The notes: generated by a model from the sequence alone, not told the origin. DNA of 64,000 bases from Harriotta raleighana (GCA_050575255.1 JBNZDD010013721.1:7811671-7875670); one strand, 5' to 3'. Positions 37,131-50,740 are shown, counted from the stretch's first letter. Translations and numbers: made by a program.

Positions 37131-38603
37131 GTACTTCTGTTGCTGTGACTTTAGCTTCTTTTGGCATAGATAAAATAATAATAAGAATTATCCTTACATT
37201 TGATATAGATATCAAAAGGATATTTAATATAGAGGTCAAAAAAAGTCTCAAAGCACTTTACCAGTTTTATGGTAAAGACTTTATTTTATAGGTGATCATG
37301 TGGATGGAACATGCATTGGATAATATCATTTTAACATCATTAGCACAACACTTTGTATCTTCAAGAGTTGCCCTATTCTGATTTACTTCCAGTAAACAAT
37401 TGCATTCTCCTTCAATCCACTCTACATATATTTCTGAAGGAACTGACCAGAAGTAGACCATATAGACAAGTGATCCCTGAAGACGTTTTTGCTTCTTGTT
37501 ACAATAATGACATTGAGACTAAGATCTAATGATTCTTGCAGACAGATGGCCTCAATTTATTAAATGATTAAAGACATGCAAGCGAGATGATGGTTTGGCC
37601 GTAAGTTGTGATCTAGTGGTACTCTAGTGTACGTACTGATGTTGTAACTCCGAGATTGATGGGCTAGGTCAACTCCCCCAAAAAAGAACCTCCCACTGCA
37701 CTAACTTGGAACACTGTGTCCTCATTTTTTAACTGTGTGTACCACTCTTCTGTCAATCAGGACTTGCATGTTATTTCTGGGCTTCTCACTGACACACACG
37801 GGGTGATTAACAGCGCATTGCAAATCTGTATTGGCAGAGAGTCAGAAACAAATATTGCTTGCTAGCCCCCATCAGCATCTTGCTTGATCAGTCAGTGATG
37901 CACTGGCCTCATTAATAAGAGGAACTGCGGTGCTAAAATCAGAATGTTTCTGCTCCGTATCCACAGAGAGTACAAACAACGCATTTCTTCCTGTTAACTC
38001 AGGGCACTTGACTTACGTCTAAATATTTATTTCAGATTAAAACAAAAAACTGCGGGATTCGTAAGGGGATGAGTCCCCTCAACAATCAAATGACTAAACT
38101 GCTGAACTTGGCTTACTTAGTGGAATGATAGCAGCCAAATCTCGGTAACGGCTTTATTTTTAGGTACATGTGAATCGTATGGAAAGAAGGTGGATAATAA
38201 TACCTAAAGCCAAAATAATTGCCCACTAAGGCTGGATTTCTGGCGTTGTTTTTTTTTAATAGACATTTCAAATAATAATAATAATTTTATCACAATATTT
38301 TCCCGTGATTGCTATTGCGTCTTTCAGTTTAAAATGGCAAATTGCAGACACTATGCGTGGGCATTACATGTATAAAGTTGACAAGCCAGGAGGTTTTAAT
38401 ACAATCCAATCAGCCTCAGTACTGGGCGTTCAGAAGATGGCATTCAACAACAACAACTTTATTTATATAGCGCTATTGCTTGATGATTGTTTTTCGCTCA
38501 AACCAAATACCCAGAGATCCTCTACTTCTCCAGCTCGGAGACGCAGGCTGAAAACCCTGATACCTGCAGGCTACTGCAGAAATACCTGCGTTGTGATGTT
38601 TCT

Positions 38604-38735
38604 CAACAACAACAGCTTGGATTTATATAGCGCCCTCCACAACACACAATGTCTCAGAGCACTTCACAAAGTGGATCCCAGGGCCATGCCAGGGGGAAGG
38701 AGAAAAAGGTGACCAAAAGCGCGATCTCAACAGGA
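38604..38735 (-). mobile_element. L2 3' tail
   Basis: caacaacaacagcttggatttatatagcgcc...tctcagagcacttcac...ggtgaccaaaagc. Confidence 0.65.
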
Positions 38736-38784
38736 TTCTTTTATTAGAAATCTAAGTTGCTCAAACAGGCTCTGCTTTACTCTC

Positions 38785-38972
38785 TCCCCCAAAAGGCTGT
38801 GGTTGCTAGATCCATTCACATTTTCAAAACTGAGGCGGATAGCTATTGTTAGGTCAGGGTTTTAAGAGATGCGAGGCAAGAGCAGGTAATTGGACTGAGG
38901 TAAAGATCAGTCATGATCTTATCGATTGGCAGAACAGGCTCAAGGGACTGAATAGTCTACTCCTGTTTCTAT
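38785..38972 (+). mobile_element. CR1 (shark HER1/HE1-type) 3' end
   Basis: gatcagtcatgatcttatcgattggcagaacaggctcaagggactgaatagtctactcctgtttctat. Confidence 0.75.
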
Positions 38973-39421
38973 ATTTTTTTCTGGTGTCTAGAAATACATC
39001 ACTCTGACCTGCCTGTAAGAATTCTGCTGCAAAACAATCAGTTTAAGAGTTACTGGAATTTACAAATACCGCAAACTAAACTCCAGTGTTTGTTAATCTG
39101 TGTTCACCATTAGTTATTTAAACCTTCAGAAACTTTCAGGTGTCCAGCACATATATATTTTGTCACAGAAACATGAGTTGTATTTGTTTCTCTAAAGCAC
39201 AGATAGTTCAACTCATGTTTTACCTTTACATGTACATTTGACTGTATTGCATTTTCAAAAGGATTTGCAATATTTTAATTATACCTCCTGTGCGAATTCA
39301 AGAGGAGTGATAACATTGCACTTTTCCAATTAAAATATGGATTCTTTGATTTTTTAAATCCTCGTATTTGATAGAAAGCCTTCCACAACAGGAATATATC
39401 TCAATATGCATCACAGGATTT

Positions 39422-39935
39422 ATAATAATATAATATAAATTCTTCCATTTGATATCACACCTTTCATAATGGGAGGTGATCTCAAAGCACATCACAGGAT
39501 TTACTGTAAGGTGTTGAGACTGTGTATTTTGTAAGCAAATCTACCCAAACAACACAATAAAAACATGCACAAACTTTATTTTAGAATGTCTCTACGTCAC
39601 ATTTTTTTATTTCCAAAAATACTTTTCCCCACTTTGAAAAAGTATCTAAAGGTTCTAATAATAATCCTCACATTGAATTCTCACATCTTGACACTGCTGT
39701 GCGCAATTGGCTGCCACGTTTTGCCCACAAAATATACATTCAATTCACTTTACAGTGTAATCTGTGAAGCTCTTTGAGATGTCTCATAGGTGTGATAAGG
39801 AGCTATGTCAAATACAAGGATTATTATGATTATTATTACTACTCCATACAGTGCCCCTCACTTTGGGAAGACACCTCAAAACACTTCACAAGATGTAACT
39901 GTAAAGTGAAGTGACTGTGCGTACTTTGCGGGCAA
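39422..39935. mobile_element. Cluster of three SINE 3' fragments (-39422-39545, +39655-39840, -39855-39935)
   Basis: Shared tail motif cactttacagt...gtgaagc.ctttgaga in alternating orientations. Confidence 0.75.
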
Positions 39936-40823
39936 TATACATACTCAAAAAAAATGGGAACTTGGTCATTCATAGGGTTGCCTTGTTCCCAGGTAGTAAT
40001 GCCTACCATCTGCTGTGCGTATTTCCCCCTTCTACAGGATGTTACTCTGATGTAATTTACACCATTCCTGCTGTTCTCAAGACATCTGGCAATTTACTCT
40101 CTTTGCCACCTGGGGCTGACTGACTGGCATTTTGCTGCTGTGTGTGTAGCGATAGGGAGCTGAGTGAAATACCAGTGAGGTACAGTACTTTGTGGCAAAA
40201 ATATAGAACTACGTAGAATTGATTAGAAACTTTTTCTCACTATGATAGTCAATTCTACCGCCTTTTGGTGGGTCACTTCAATAGATTTCTAGCTACTCAA
40301 CTGATCTGCCGACTGTCATTTACTGTCTGCCTACTGTCTAGCTTTTCCCTCCGCTCTTAAATCAAGTTTGGCATTTTATTTTAGATTTATTTGGAAATTG
40401 ATCAGATTTGGAAGTGGATGGTTCATATCATTATCAAGGATGGACACATATTTTTCACTGTTACAGTCTTCCAATAGTATTGTCATGATATAATAATACT
40501 CACACTAGTAGAACCACTCAAAGCGCTTCACAGGATATACTGCAAAAGGGATACAAACTTATAAAAAAATAAAAATTTGCTAAGTGAAAGAAGACCAAGG
40601 TCCATCTAGTTCGCCTTCTAGCATCCTGGCAATCGCCCGACACCATGTCCCACACTATGCAATACACTGTAGCCCAAGATGCATACCAATATTTTCACCT
40701 TCAGTTATCCAATAGAAATGTGATCTAAAATGCAGCAATATTCATCTTGAAATGTCTAGTGGGATAATAACCTTTTGCTTTTGATCTTTGATAGACAATA
40801 TTTGTGTTGACATTGGTCACTCT

Positions 40824-40895
40824 CAACAACAACAACAAAATTGTACTTGTATAGCGCCTTTCATGTCGGGAGGACGTCCCAAAGCGCTGAACAGT
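40824..40895 (-). mobile_element. About 70-bp L2-type tail with (GTT)n
   Basis: caacaacaacaacaaaattgtacttgtatagcgcctttcatgtcgggaggacgtcccaaagcgctgaa. Similar pieces at 8105, 29100, 33337 and 46810. Confidence 0.7.
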
Positions 40896-42249
40896 CAAAT
40901 GAAACTCAGCTTATTGCTATTCTAGACTGCCCACAAAACACAGACACTACACTTTACAGTACATCATAGGAAGCATCCTCCAGCTGAAAGATGTTGTACC
41001 AAATGTGAGTATTGTTATAAGTAATTATTATTAATATTACTGTATTATCATTTGAACGCAGCTTCAAGATTGTCTAAAACATCTGCTATTTTATGGCTAA
41101 TGTACAGGCAACTCTATCTGTTAGTAACCCATGGTGAATGATCTTGCTAATTAATGTATAGTTGAAATCTATTTATATGCAGATCAAATTAAGTGCTAAT
41201 TTGTCCAGATTTAATCAGTTTGTGACCCTGTTAACGTGCAAATTGAGTTTGTTATCTTAAAGAAAATAGGAAATCTGCCGAATCTATTGCTTATGACTGC
41301 CTGAGAAAATATAGCGTGTGGAACAATGAGATTTCTGCTAAGCAGCAGTCAAATAAGACAAAATATGAATTCACTGACGCAAGCTCTCAGACTCCGTTCG
41401 ATTTGGTCTGAGGTTACTGACCAGCATTGAAAGTTTCAGCTGAGAATCTAAATGTCTTTAATTCTCATTAAAAAAAAATATCTCTCTCAAGTCCCTTGCC
41501 TTTTGCTACCTGGCTATTTTAATTCGTAATGCTTAGCCTGCAAGATATGTCAGCCGTAAAGCTGGTGCTGCAGAGAGCGTATTTCTGATATTAATGATGC
41601 CTGTGAATGCATAAAAAGGGAATTCTTAGCATCAGGCGACAAATACACAGTGGCCATCGCATGCAACGTACAGGGAACCCGAATGCAATAGATCACAAGC
41701 GAGCAACTGCCTGGAATGAAATATTGGGACACTGTACTTGGCAAAACATCGTCTAAATGTTTCCTCCACACCCGTGGGATCTGTCCAGAAAAAAAAAGGG
41801 AAAAAATCAGGAACTGGATCAGCTTTCAATTAGGAAAATAAAAAGTGACTCTTTCTCCCCGGCTATTCAGAATTCATTCTGTCCAGATTGAGAAATTTCC
41901 CAAATTAGGTTTCCGAAATGACAGCCCAGATACTTCAAGTGCTATCAATAGACATCAGTGGGACGTAAGTAAGGCTCTGGCAGGCAAACCATAATTGATC
42001 ATGTCAACTCATTTCTCTTCACCAATAAAGCCAAGTTCACCTCTTTTACTAACCAAGATTACCTCCACAGATCATCGTTCAAATTTTCACTTATATACCT
42101 GTCTGTGGTGAAGAAGCAGCTCAACCTCCAGAGTTAGAGCGGCTCAGATTTGTGAGGTGTGTTTCTTTGTTGGGCAGCCAGCTCAGAATCAGTGTATCTT
42201 CTGTTACCCACTAGGTGACAATGCCCCAAATTTATCTAAGAAGGTTAAC

Positions 42250-42395
42250 TTGGTTCAGATAGCACCCACATGTTTCCCGATCAGAAGGCTGTGGTTTCAG
42301 ATCCCACATATGGGAACTTGGGATCCCAGCAGATATTTCAGATATTTCGGATGCCATTTTTCGGATGTGACGTTAAACTGAGGTTCCCCCGTCAA
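42250..42395 (+). mobile_element. Deu-domain SINE 5' half
   Basis: tcagaaggctgtggtttcagatcccac...ggatgccatttttcggatgtgacgttaaactgaggttcccc. Confidence 0.65.
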
Positions 42396-44330
42396 GGGTT
42401 CTCTCAGTAAGCTGAACGCAGATGTCTCTGAAATACCCGTTGAAGTCTGGGAATCCAGGTTAATGGCTCGTATATCCAGAGCTTTGCATCTACCTTGATT
42501 GATATTGCAGAAAGATAAGCAGGTACTGCTCAAGCTCTGCATTCTGCTACACTTTCAGCTCGTGGAGCCATCGCTCATTGGGTAGCGATGTGAGTCCAAG
42601 CTGGTGCATTTCATGTTCAATTATGCTCTTTAACACAAAGCTCACAAGTTATTGTTATCCACATAGTAAGAAGTCCTTTGGATGTCTATTGAGTAACTGG
42701 TAAATATATTTGGTATGTGCATAATTAAACACTTGCCTTGTGTAACTGGGTGCAGCGAGATTGGAGGTGGTCACCAAACACACAAAGTGTTGTACTGTAC
42801 TCCATCAGTGCATCACCAATGTCACTACACGTAGAGATGGAGGCATTATTGACCCCCACCACCTCCCCTCCGAGTAATATAAGCCCATTGGCAAAAGAAT
42901 CACAATAGAAATTGGTCGTGGTGTTTCATCTACGGCTTCTATCATGATATTTTAAAGAAAATAAAAGTGGAGTCCGCTGCATTGTGTCGTGCTTCCATTC
43001 CTTTCTCTGAAGTCCCATTCCTATTTCAGCATTTCAGAGATTACTGTACACTTAGTTGGGTCATCATGACCAGAACTCAATGTGATCCCAACGGCCCAGA
43101 GGGCTGCCTGAAGGCTTTAAATTACCTGCCCGTTGCATCCGTTAACTTTGGATTTCCAGCTGGAAAAAGCACGAGATTAACATCAGGCATTTTTATTTGT
43201 CCCAGACAATTCTAAGGTCAAGCGGTGGGAGTTTTTATTCTGAAATTGAATCTTGAGTGTATATGTCTGCCCTGTCTATGCTTGACCAGTTGCAACTCTG
43301 CTGCAGATTTGCAATAAATGTAAATTTGCTGGAACAAATATAAACGAGACACAACTCCCACCAAGGGGAGCGTGCACAAACATTAGTTTTGCAAACAATG
43401 TGGCCAGAAATACGCATACTTTGAAAGCTGGAAAGTGACTTCAGTCTCGAGGAGTTTCATCCCAATTCTCCAGAGGTGAAGGATCACAACTGATGTCAAT
43501 GTGCTTGCTGCATCAGTAAACCCACAGGAATGCTCTAAATGCTCTTATGCTCTAAACATATTAGATCTGACTATTAAAATTATGTTGTGGTTGAAGTTCT
43601 TCCACTTCTTTTAAATGAACATTTGTCTCTGAAATTTGCTTTCTTCGACCTATTTCCTCCCTGATTCTTTCACACAACAGAACGATCCTACTGCAAGACG
43701 TTGCTCTTTTTTTTCATCTCATAGGAGAAACCTATACAAAGTTGCTATATCAAATGCAAAGATTATTAATACGCTATCTAATTAGTCCCCACCCCACCCC
43801 CAAAAAAATAAATAAACTGTACTATATGCAGACATGAAACAGGCTTCAGACATGACAAAAAACAAGCAGGAACTTTTTTTGTGTTTATGTTCACTTCAAC
43901 TTCCATGGCAAGTGCATTGTAGCTGAGGGGATTTGTTTTCAAAGTTTGCAAATTAGCATTTTTTATTTCTCTGTACGTTTCTTCCCTCAGCCCCTCACTT
44001 TTAAGTCTGCTGAAGTATTACTGTACTCTCTCCAGGAGGGTGGAGGGTGCTCTTTTTCTTCTTGTATGTATTTACCACGCTTTCATACTCTCTCTTGTTT
44101 CTTAGGACTTTGTGAATCCGGGATGGTCCGGACATGTGCTGAAACAATCTTTAGGTGACTGTTCAACTGTCTCAGCCCCATTATAGCCTTTCCCCCCATC
44201 CCCGTGATTTTTGTAGAAGTTTCTGTTATACTCTGAGGTGCAAAACCAGTGGGAATACAACTGTTTTTGAAACTGATAACAAATACAGCAAATACTCAGC
44301 CGTGAATTATGCCCAAACTCTCAAGCCATT

Positions 44331-44712
44331 GAGTCACCTTGGCTCAGTCGTTAGCGCTCTCACCTCTAAGACAGAGGATTGAGCACATGTGGTCTAGGCT
44401 GGCAAGTGCCTGGAGAATGCTGCATTATTGGAGATGCCATCCCTCAGATAAAAATTTTAACTGAGATCCACATCTGCCTGCTTAGGTCAACATTAAAGAT
44501 CCCTTACTACTATTCGAAAACAGAAGGGAGTTTCTCACAGTTTCCTGGCCAGCAATCTCCTAAATAAAATTGCTCATTCACTTTGTGCGTAAGTTAGCTG
44601 CTGGGTTTGCCTATAAAATATACAGTCATTACACTTTGCAATACCTGTATATCCTGTGAAGTACTTTGACATGAAAAGTGCTATATCAAACGCAAGGAGC
44701 AATATTATTACA
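44331..44712 (+). mobile_element. Deu-domain SINE, full length
   Basis: ggctcagtcgttagcgctctcacctct head, gctgcattattggagatgccatccctcagata...ttaaagatccc...tattcgaaaacagaagggagtt core, tail. Confidence 0.8.
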
Positions 44713-45597
44713 AGCAACAACCTGGAACTTTATTTTATGGGTTTAGAAGGAGAAATTCCATTTACGTCTAAGATTACTCTATTTTCTTATCATTTCAGGC
44801 TTGCCAAATTTGGCAAATTATTAAATACAATTTCACCTTTGAAGCCAGTTTTCTGTTGTCCTTCAAGGAATCTAAAATAGAACTTGATCCAAGTGAAATT
44901 TCCACCACTTGGTTTTCACTGAGTGTGTAAAAACAGATGTGTTAAAAGTATTCCGTGAATTGATGAGTAACTTAAATCACAACTTCTTAAACTTACTTTC
45001 AATTGAAAACCAAGTTCACAGCAGGTATATATACCATGTGTATATCATTAATTTCAGTGAGATCTCTGGTACAATGGTGCACATTTGATCTTCAGTATTT
45101 TGATGTATAATTTAAACGTTGAGAAATGAACTGAAATAACCTTACTTTTTCTACACAAAGCCCAATGAAGCAAAATGGTAAATGAATGCAAAATGCAGAT
45201 GAGGTGTGATTAGAAAGGAGATGTATTGAAAATAAATCAGACAAGCTTTTGTATGTAACCAAGATGAAAAATGGAATAAAAAATTTCCAAATGCACCTTA
45301 TATGATATTGAAAATAATGCAATCAGGGAAGAAATACCATCGAGACGATACTCTATTTTCTTAATGTTTTAACTGTCCAGAATAGATGAAATACTTAAAT
45401 ACAACCTTAATCTTTCAGCTAGTTTCCCGTATTATTTTAAGAACTGTGAAATACTAACATCAAAGTTAAGACTAAAATCAACAGTTCACCCAATCCTGGA
45501 TACTGTAAAAATAGAGCAAACCTAAACCTGGGTGGAATTTCTCTCCCTGTGTGATCAGTTAATATAGTTTATATAAAATCTTTTAAAGCATTTCAAG

Positions 45598-45730
45598 ACA
45601 TAGAAACAGGAGTAGGTTATTCAGCCACTTGAGCCTGTTCCATCGTTCAATAAGATCATGACTGATCTGTATCATAAATCCAATTACCCACCCTTGCCCC
45701 ATATCCCTTAATGTCCTGACCTAGCAAATA
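45598..45730 (-). mobile_element. CR1 (HER1/HE1-type) 3' end
   Basis: catagaaacaggagtaggttattcagccacttgagcctgttccatcgttcaataagatcatgactgatct is the reverse complement of the 38785 tail. Confidence 0.75.
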
Positions 45731-46739
45731 TTCAAATATCTTCCTCACATGCCATGTAGACAGAAGATTTAATTGACTGCATAAGGATACTGATGTAATG
45801 AGATACATCTGGCAGCCTTATCCTATTCAAAACTTATTTTGTTTAAACCTAAACACAAAGTAGGCTTGAAATGACAAATGAACTGAAGCTGAAATGACCT
45901 GAATGGTGTGTTTTTTTTCTACCTGTAACAATAAACAGGCAGGTATGTAGTTGTGTGTTGTGTTTTTGCAAAGTACAGTATTGCATTTGCTGCTATTTCA
46001 AGATTCCAGTTCTGAATAATTTTATACCAGTGGTAAAGTGTATACACACGTTGCTGTGGATTACCCTCTGTGGCAATTCACACAGTGACTGGGCCCAATC
46101 ACACTCAAAACGAAACATCACCCTCACTCTCTAGGTTGTATTTGTGGTGCAAAGGATGTCTTCAAACATGCTGGCATAATGTGTTACTAGCCCAAGTGCC
46201 TTTCTTTTTAAAAATGGTTTCGTTTTTTCCTCCTTTAGCATTTGATTCACTGCTACGCAGCTTTTATGAGATGGAATGAATACTTGGTTTTGTTCCATTG
46301 ACTTTGTTCCCTCTGCGTCACAGCAACACAGACTTTCATTCTACTGCCGTCTGATATTCTGCAGAGTCTAATATAACACACGATTTTTAGGGTTCCTTGA
46401 TTAATAAAGAAAGTATATAAAATATCCTCATTATAATGCATGCTTTAAAATAACATGTTTTTTACATTACTCACAATGGGCATTATATTGAGGGGTTATT
46501 GCATTATGCATTTCATGTTCAGTTGTGCATGTTTTGGTGAAAAAATGTTTTTGTGGAATTACCTCAGCCCTAACTTCTTACATATAAGCACGTTGATACA
46601 GTGGATTTTTCACTGCAGTAAAACCCATTTTAAAACCATCGATTAAGATTGACATTGAAAACGACAAAAACCTCATGTGGAGAGTTAATTGTCTCAGCTG
46701 CCCTTGCAATTCTTTACCCCCAACATCACTACTCACATC

Positions 46740-47160
46740 TGGCCCCAATGCTCCAGTGCAGTGGTAGGGAAGCATGGAATTGCCAAAGATTTCATCCTTC
46801 AAGTGAAACTGATGTGAAAGGAGCTGTATAAACGTCCTTTTGTTGTTGTTGAAACACTTAACCAAGATCCTGGCAGCATGTACATGTGGATGTTAAAGAT
46901 TCCATTCCTATTTGATAAGAAATGGGAGCTACTCCAGGTATCCTAACCAATACTCCCTCAGATAAAATTGGTTATTTACTTCATTTTGTAGGATATTGCC
47001 TGCCACGTTCTCCCAATACATAGTCGCTACACTTTGACGGAAATCCTGTGAAGATTTTTGCTGCTAGGGGAAGGCANCCCACAAATACATAGTCTCTACA
47101 CTTTGACGGAAATCCTGTGAAGATTTTTGCTGCTAGGGGAAGGCACTTAATCAAGAATAA
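46740..47160 (+). mobile_element. Deu-domain SINE with a nested L2-type tail (46810-46851) and a duplicated contig join
   Basis: ccagtgcagtggtaggga...gtggatgttaaagattccat...gggagctactccaggtatcct. Confidence 0.6.
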
Positions 47161-47961
47161 GGCATTTTGCAGAAGATATTTTAAAGATTTGCTGGGTTGA
47201 GAAAACAGCTTCTCCGCTTCTAGAAAAGACCAGCGACAGATGCTTTATTTCAACACAAAGCTGGTCTTCAAAATGCCTCAATAGCAGACCTGTCAAATCC
47301 TATTTCTGGGATCTGCTGGCCCTCTCTGACTAGAAGCACTGGGGGGCATGTTTGGTGCTCATCAACAAGTTGAGAATTTCCATCAAGAGCTATTTTGTTG
47401 ACAATGGGTACACAGAGATCTCATCCATATGCTTGACCTGATTAACCACATCGAATGCCCACAACACCTCATGGACGAGCAACAGTAGGACTCTGTGGGT
47501 CTCTACTTTCAAACAAGGAACTCACTTCATTGTTACTGATCCATTAATTCCCAACCTGTCTAACTGACCCCTGGTGATTGGGACTATTTCCTTTCCCTCA
47601 ACTACTCTGGTGCCATCCCCCAGTATTAAAAAACAATGCCCCTTTCCCCAACCACCAAAGGCAGACAGACATGTTCGACAGTGACACTCAAATAGGCTGT
47701 CTATACTCACAGTAAAATCCTGTGAAACTCTTTGAGACATCTTAATGATGCGATAAGATGCTATATCAAAAGCAAGGATTATTATTATATTTGTAGATTT
47801 TATTGAGGAATAACAGACACTGTTTATTTCCCCAAATCCATTTGGCAAAACATTGTGTCTTCAACAGATAAACCTTGTTGTGTGGTCCAACGGGTAATCA
47901 AATTCTTTTGACCCCGCAAACTATTGTGTTCTGTTCAGGACTGCAGTGTGAGGAGATTGGC

Positions 47962-48079
47962 ATAATTATTATAATAATGCTTGATTTTGATGTAGGAGTC
48001 TTTCACATTGGGAGGACATCTCAAAGCGCTTTACGTAAAAAGCGCTATATCAAATGCAAGGATGATTAGTATTATTATA
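47962..48079. repeat. Fold-back of two SINE tails
   Basis: tataataatgcttgattttgatgtag...aagcgctttacgtaaaaagcgctatatcaaatgcaaggatgattagtattattata. Confidence 0.75.
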
Positions 48080-50065
48080 AGATGTAACATAAAGCGCAAT
48101 GGATGTGTATTTCTGCAGATGCATTTTCCTCCAATGTTATGCCACTGCAGAATTGTCTTGTTGCGCTAGCGTTCCTACTTTGGTGAGGTGGCAAACGATA
48201 GATCCTGTTCAATTTCTGATCAGCGTGGAGTGTGTGGAGGCACATTGACAGCGGCTGAGTAAAAGCTCACAGCCTGATCATCCCGGCTGAACAAGAGAGA
48301 TAGAGAGCTCTCATTTTTCGGTGCCCAATGACATTTTCACATAACACTGCACTGCTCAGACATGGCATAATGGGAATTCTTTTTATCATGTTTAATATTA
48401 AAGCATGCCACTAAGACCCCTTTTTTTTCCTAAAGTGCAAAGTATTGTTTAGCCATTCTGAAATGAAGTTGATCTGAGACTAGTTTTGAAACAGATTTGT
48501 AATGATTTAAACATGTGAACCAGGGCTTCTTATACCGTTGACAGCTTAACTGAGTCTTTTGGGTTGAATTTATAAATTATAAAACCCACCACTTATCAGT
48601 AAATGCCCAGTGTACATATTTGCTCTGTATCATGTTACTAGTGACTCATTTCTTTGTGGTGGGACCATATTATTCAATTCTTTTTACATTCAGACTTGCA
48701 TGAAGGATCCCAACCGTGGTGGTTTGAAGCCCCAGGTAGCCATTTCAAGGTACAGTGTTTTATAAACATTTAGATATATTTTCTGCGCTCGTCAGTAAAA
48801 TTGAAATGTGGTGGAGAACTCATGTTACTCTCCACATGTCACTAAACATAGTGACATTTGAACGTGTGCATTAATAATGAAAATAATGCTTGACTGCCAA
48901 GGGATAGTAAATTTATTGACCAGCTTTTGGTTATAATGTTTTAAAAACCTACTAGCATTAACATAGGTTTCCCTCTATCTATACCATGGTCTATTGGATG
49001 TCAATATACTGGATTCTAGGCATTCAATGAATATTATTAGTGTTCCAAATCTATCTCTTTCATTCATACATACATCCTCCAGCAAATAATAATAATGTAG
49101 AATGTCCAATGAATATCCTCAGGATGTTACCTTGAAGTCTTGCAGTAAAGGTAATGAATAATCTATTTCAATGTGCATTTTCAATGGGATTGATAAATGT
49201 GAAAGGGGAGCTTGAAAGATTCAAATTGCATTTTTTTTTAAAAAAACATGTGCCATTCCTCTAAATCATTTTCTTGTCAAATATCCTCTTCTAAGCAGAA
49301 CAGACGGGGCTGTCTTTAGCTAAACCTGCTTTAGATAATATTGCAGATTCAAATTACTTGTGTACTGTAGTTGGGATTTGATCGCACCTCTACAGTGAAC
49401 GAAACACCAAACAATTAAATAAAGTACAAAAAAGGTCTGAATTACTCCTTGTTTTATGGGTTTTTTTCAAATGTGGATCAAACCTTATTAAAAAATCCTT
49501 TGTAGCTAAATATTGCCGGTTCCACAGTGTTATTTTATACGACCGAAAACATCAAATAACAACCAAAGCAATATAGAAGTAACCAGTCTGTTAATGGCAT
49601 ACTATAATATGGAAGATTAAAATGTTTTACTGTATTCTGTATGAGTGTCGCTTGAAACCACAAATGCCAACCCCGGTGTGGAAATGTCTACAGACATCTG
49701 CTACATACAGAACTCAGTGACTCACCACATTAATTTACAAACGGTATTCCTGTTTATCTTAAGAAATAAGGACATGAATGTTGACTGCTTGGAGTATTTA
49801 ATAGAACACAAGCCTATCTCTTCTGCCTCTTTTCATCTCAAACCTACTAATTTATCAAAGGAAGGATTTTATATTCAGATTTCATAATCCAATTGATACC
49901 ATCAGAGAATTCTTTATGAAAGTTGCCGTGCTATGAAGATCATTGATTTGATTTTGGATAAGGCAGCACAGTTTGCTGGCTTCGTGTGATAGTTTCTTCT
50001 CTCTAATAGCCAGTCAGTACTCAATATATATTAATGCATGGAAATGGTTTTGATTTATGTACTAA

Positions 50066-50421
50066 AATAATAATAATCCTTACATGTTAGGAGGACATTT
50101 CAAAACCCTTCATAGGATTTACTGTAAAGTGGAGTGACTATGTGTTTTTCGCAGGCAAACACACCAGCCAATTTACATACAGCAATGTTTTCCAAACAGC
50201 CATGATGTGAATGATCAATTGTTACTGGGGTAATGGGATCTGAACCATGCACCTGGACAGGCAGAAAGGATCTCAACTTAATATCTCATCTGACAGAAAG
50301 CACGTCTGGCAACACAGTGCATCCCACTCCAAAACCTGTGAGTTCTGAGTGCCAACATGGAGCTTGAACACCACAGCCTGTTGACTCAGAGGTGAGAACG
50401 CTACCAACTGAGCCAGGCTGG
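50066..50421 (-). mobile_element. Deu-domain SINE, full length
   Basis: (aat)n tail at the left, ttaatatctcatctgacagaaagcac core, tgactcagaggtgagaacgctaccaactgagccaggctg head. Confidence 0.8.
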
Positions 50422-50521
50422 TTTGATGTAAATGTAATTGAGTCCTTCAAACAAACCGCTGAATGTCTGTAGTCTCGAAAACAGCAGAAATGAATTCGAT
50501 CACATCAAAGAAACAAAAAAT

Positions 50522-50740
50522 AATACAGCACACAGAAGGAGGCCTTTTGGCCCATCGTGCCCTTGCCAGCTCTTTGAAAAGAAGTGTCCAAATCAATTCT
50601 GTTCCTCCACGTTCTCCCCATAACCCTGCAAACCTGTCCTCCCCAAATAATTATTCTTATATTAATTATTGTTAAACTAAAAATATATCATACTTCTCTT
50701 CTATAAACGTTGTTATCGAATCGTCTTCCACTACTCTTTT
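50522..50740 (-). mobile_element. CR1 3' end
   Basis: cacagaaggaggccttttggcccatcgtg...gctctttgaaa...ctccccataaccctgcaaac. Same family as 4106 and 17582. Confidence 0.7.

Noticed and set aside
41511-41810. Strong minus-strand acceptor at 41781 with short open frames
   Set aside because: No convincing donor, and the peptides are not recognisable.
42207-42220. CTCF-like motifs (ccactaggtgacaa here, others near 12835 and 40005)
   Set aside because: Each has about 2 mismatches to the core. Such matches are expected by chance without ChIP data.
47290-47540. Possible RTE LINE C-terminal fragment (SRTLWVSTFKQGTHF)
   Set aside because: The similarity rests on one short motif and needs a profile search.
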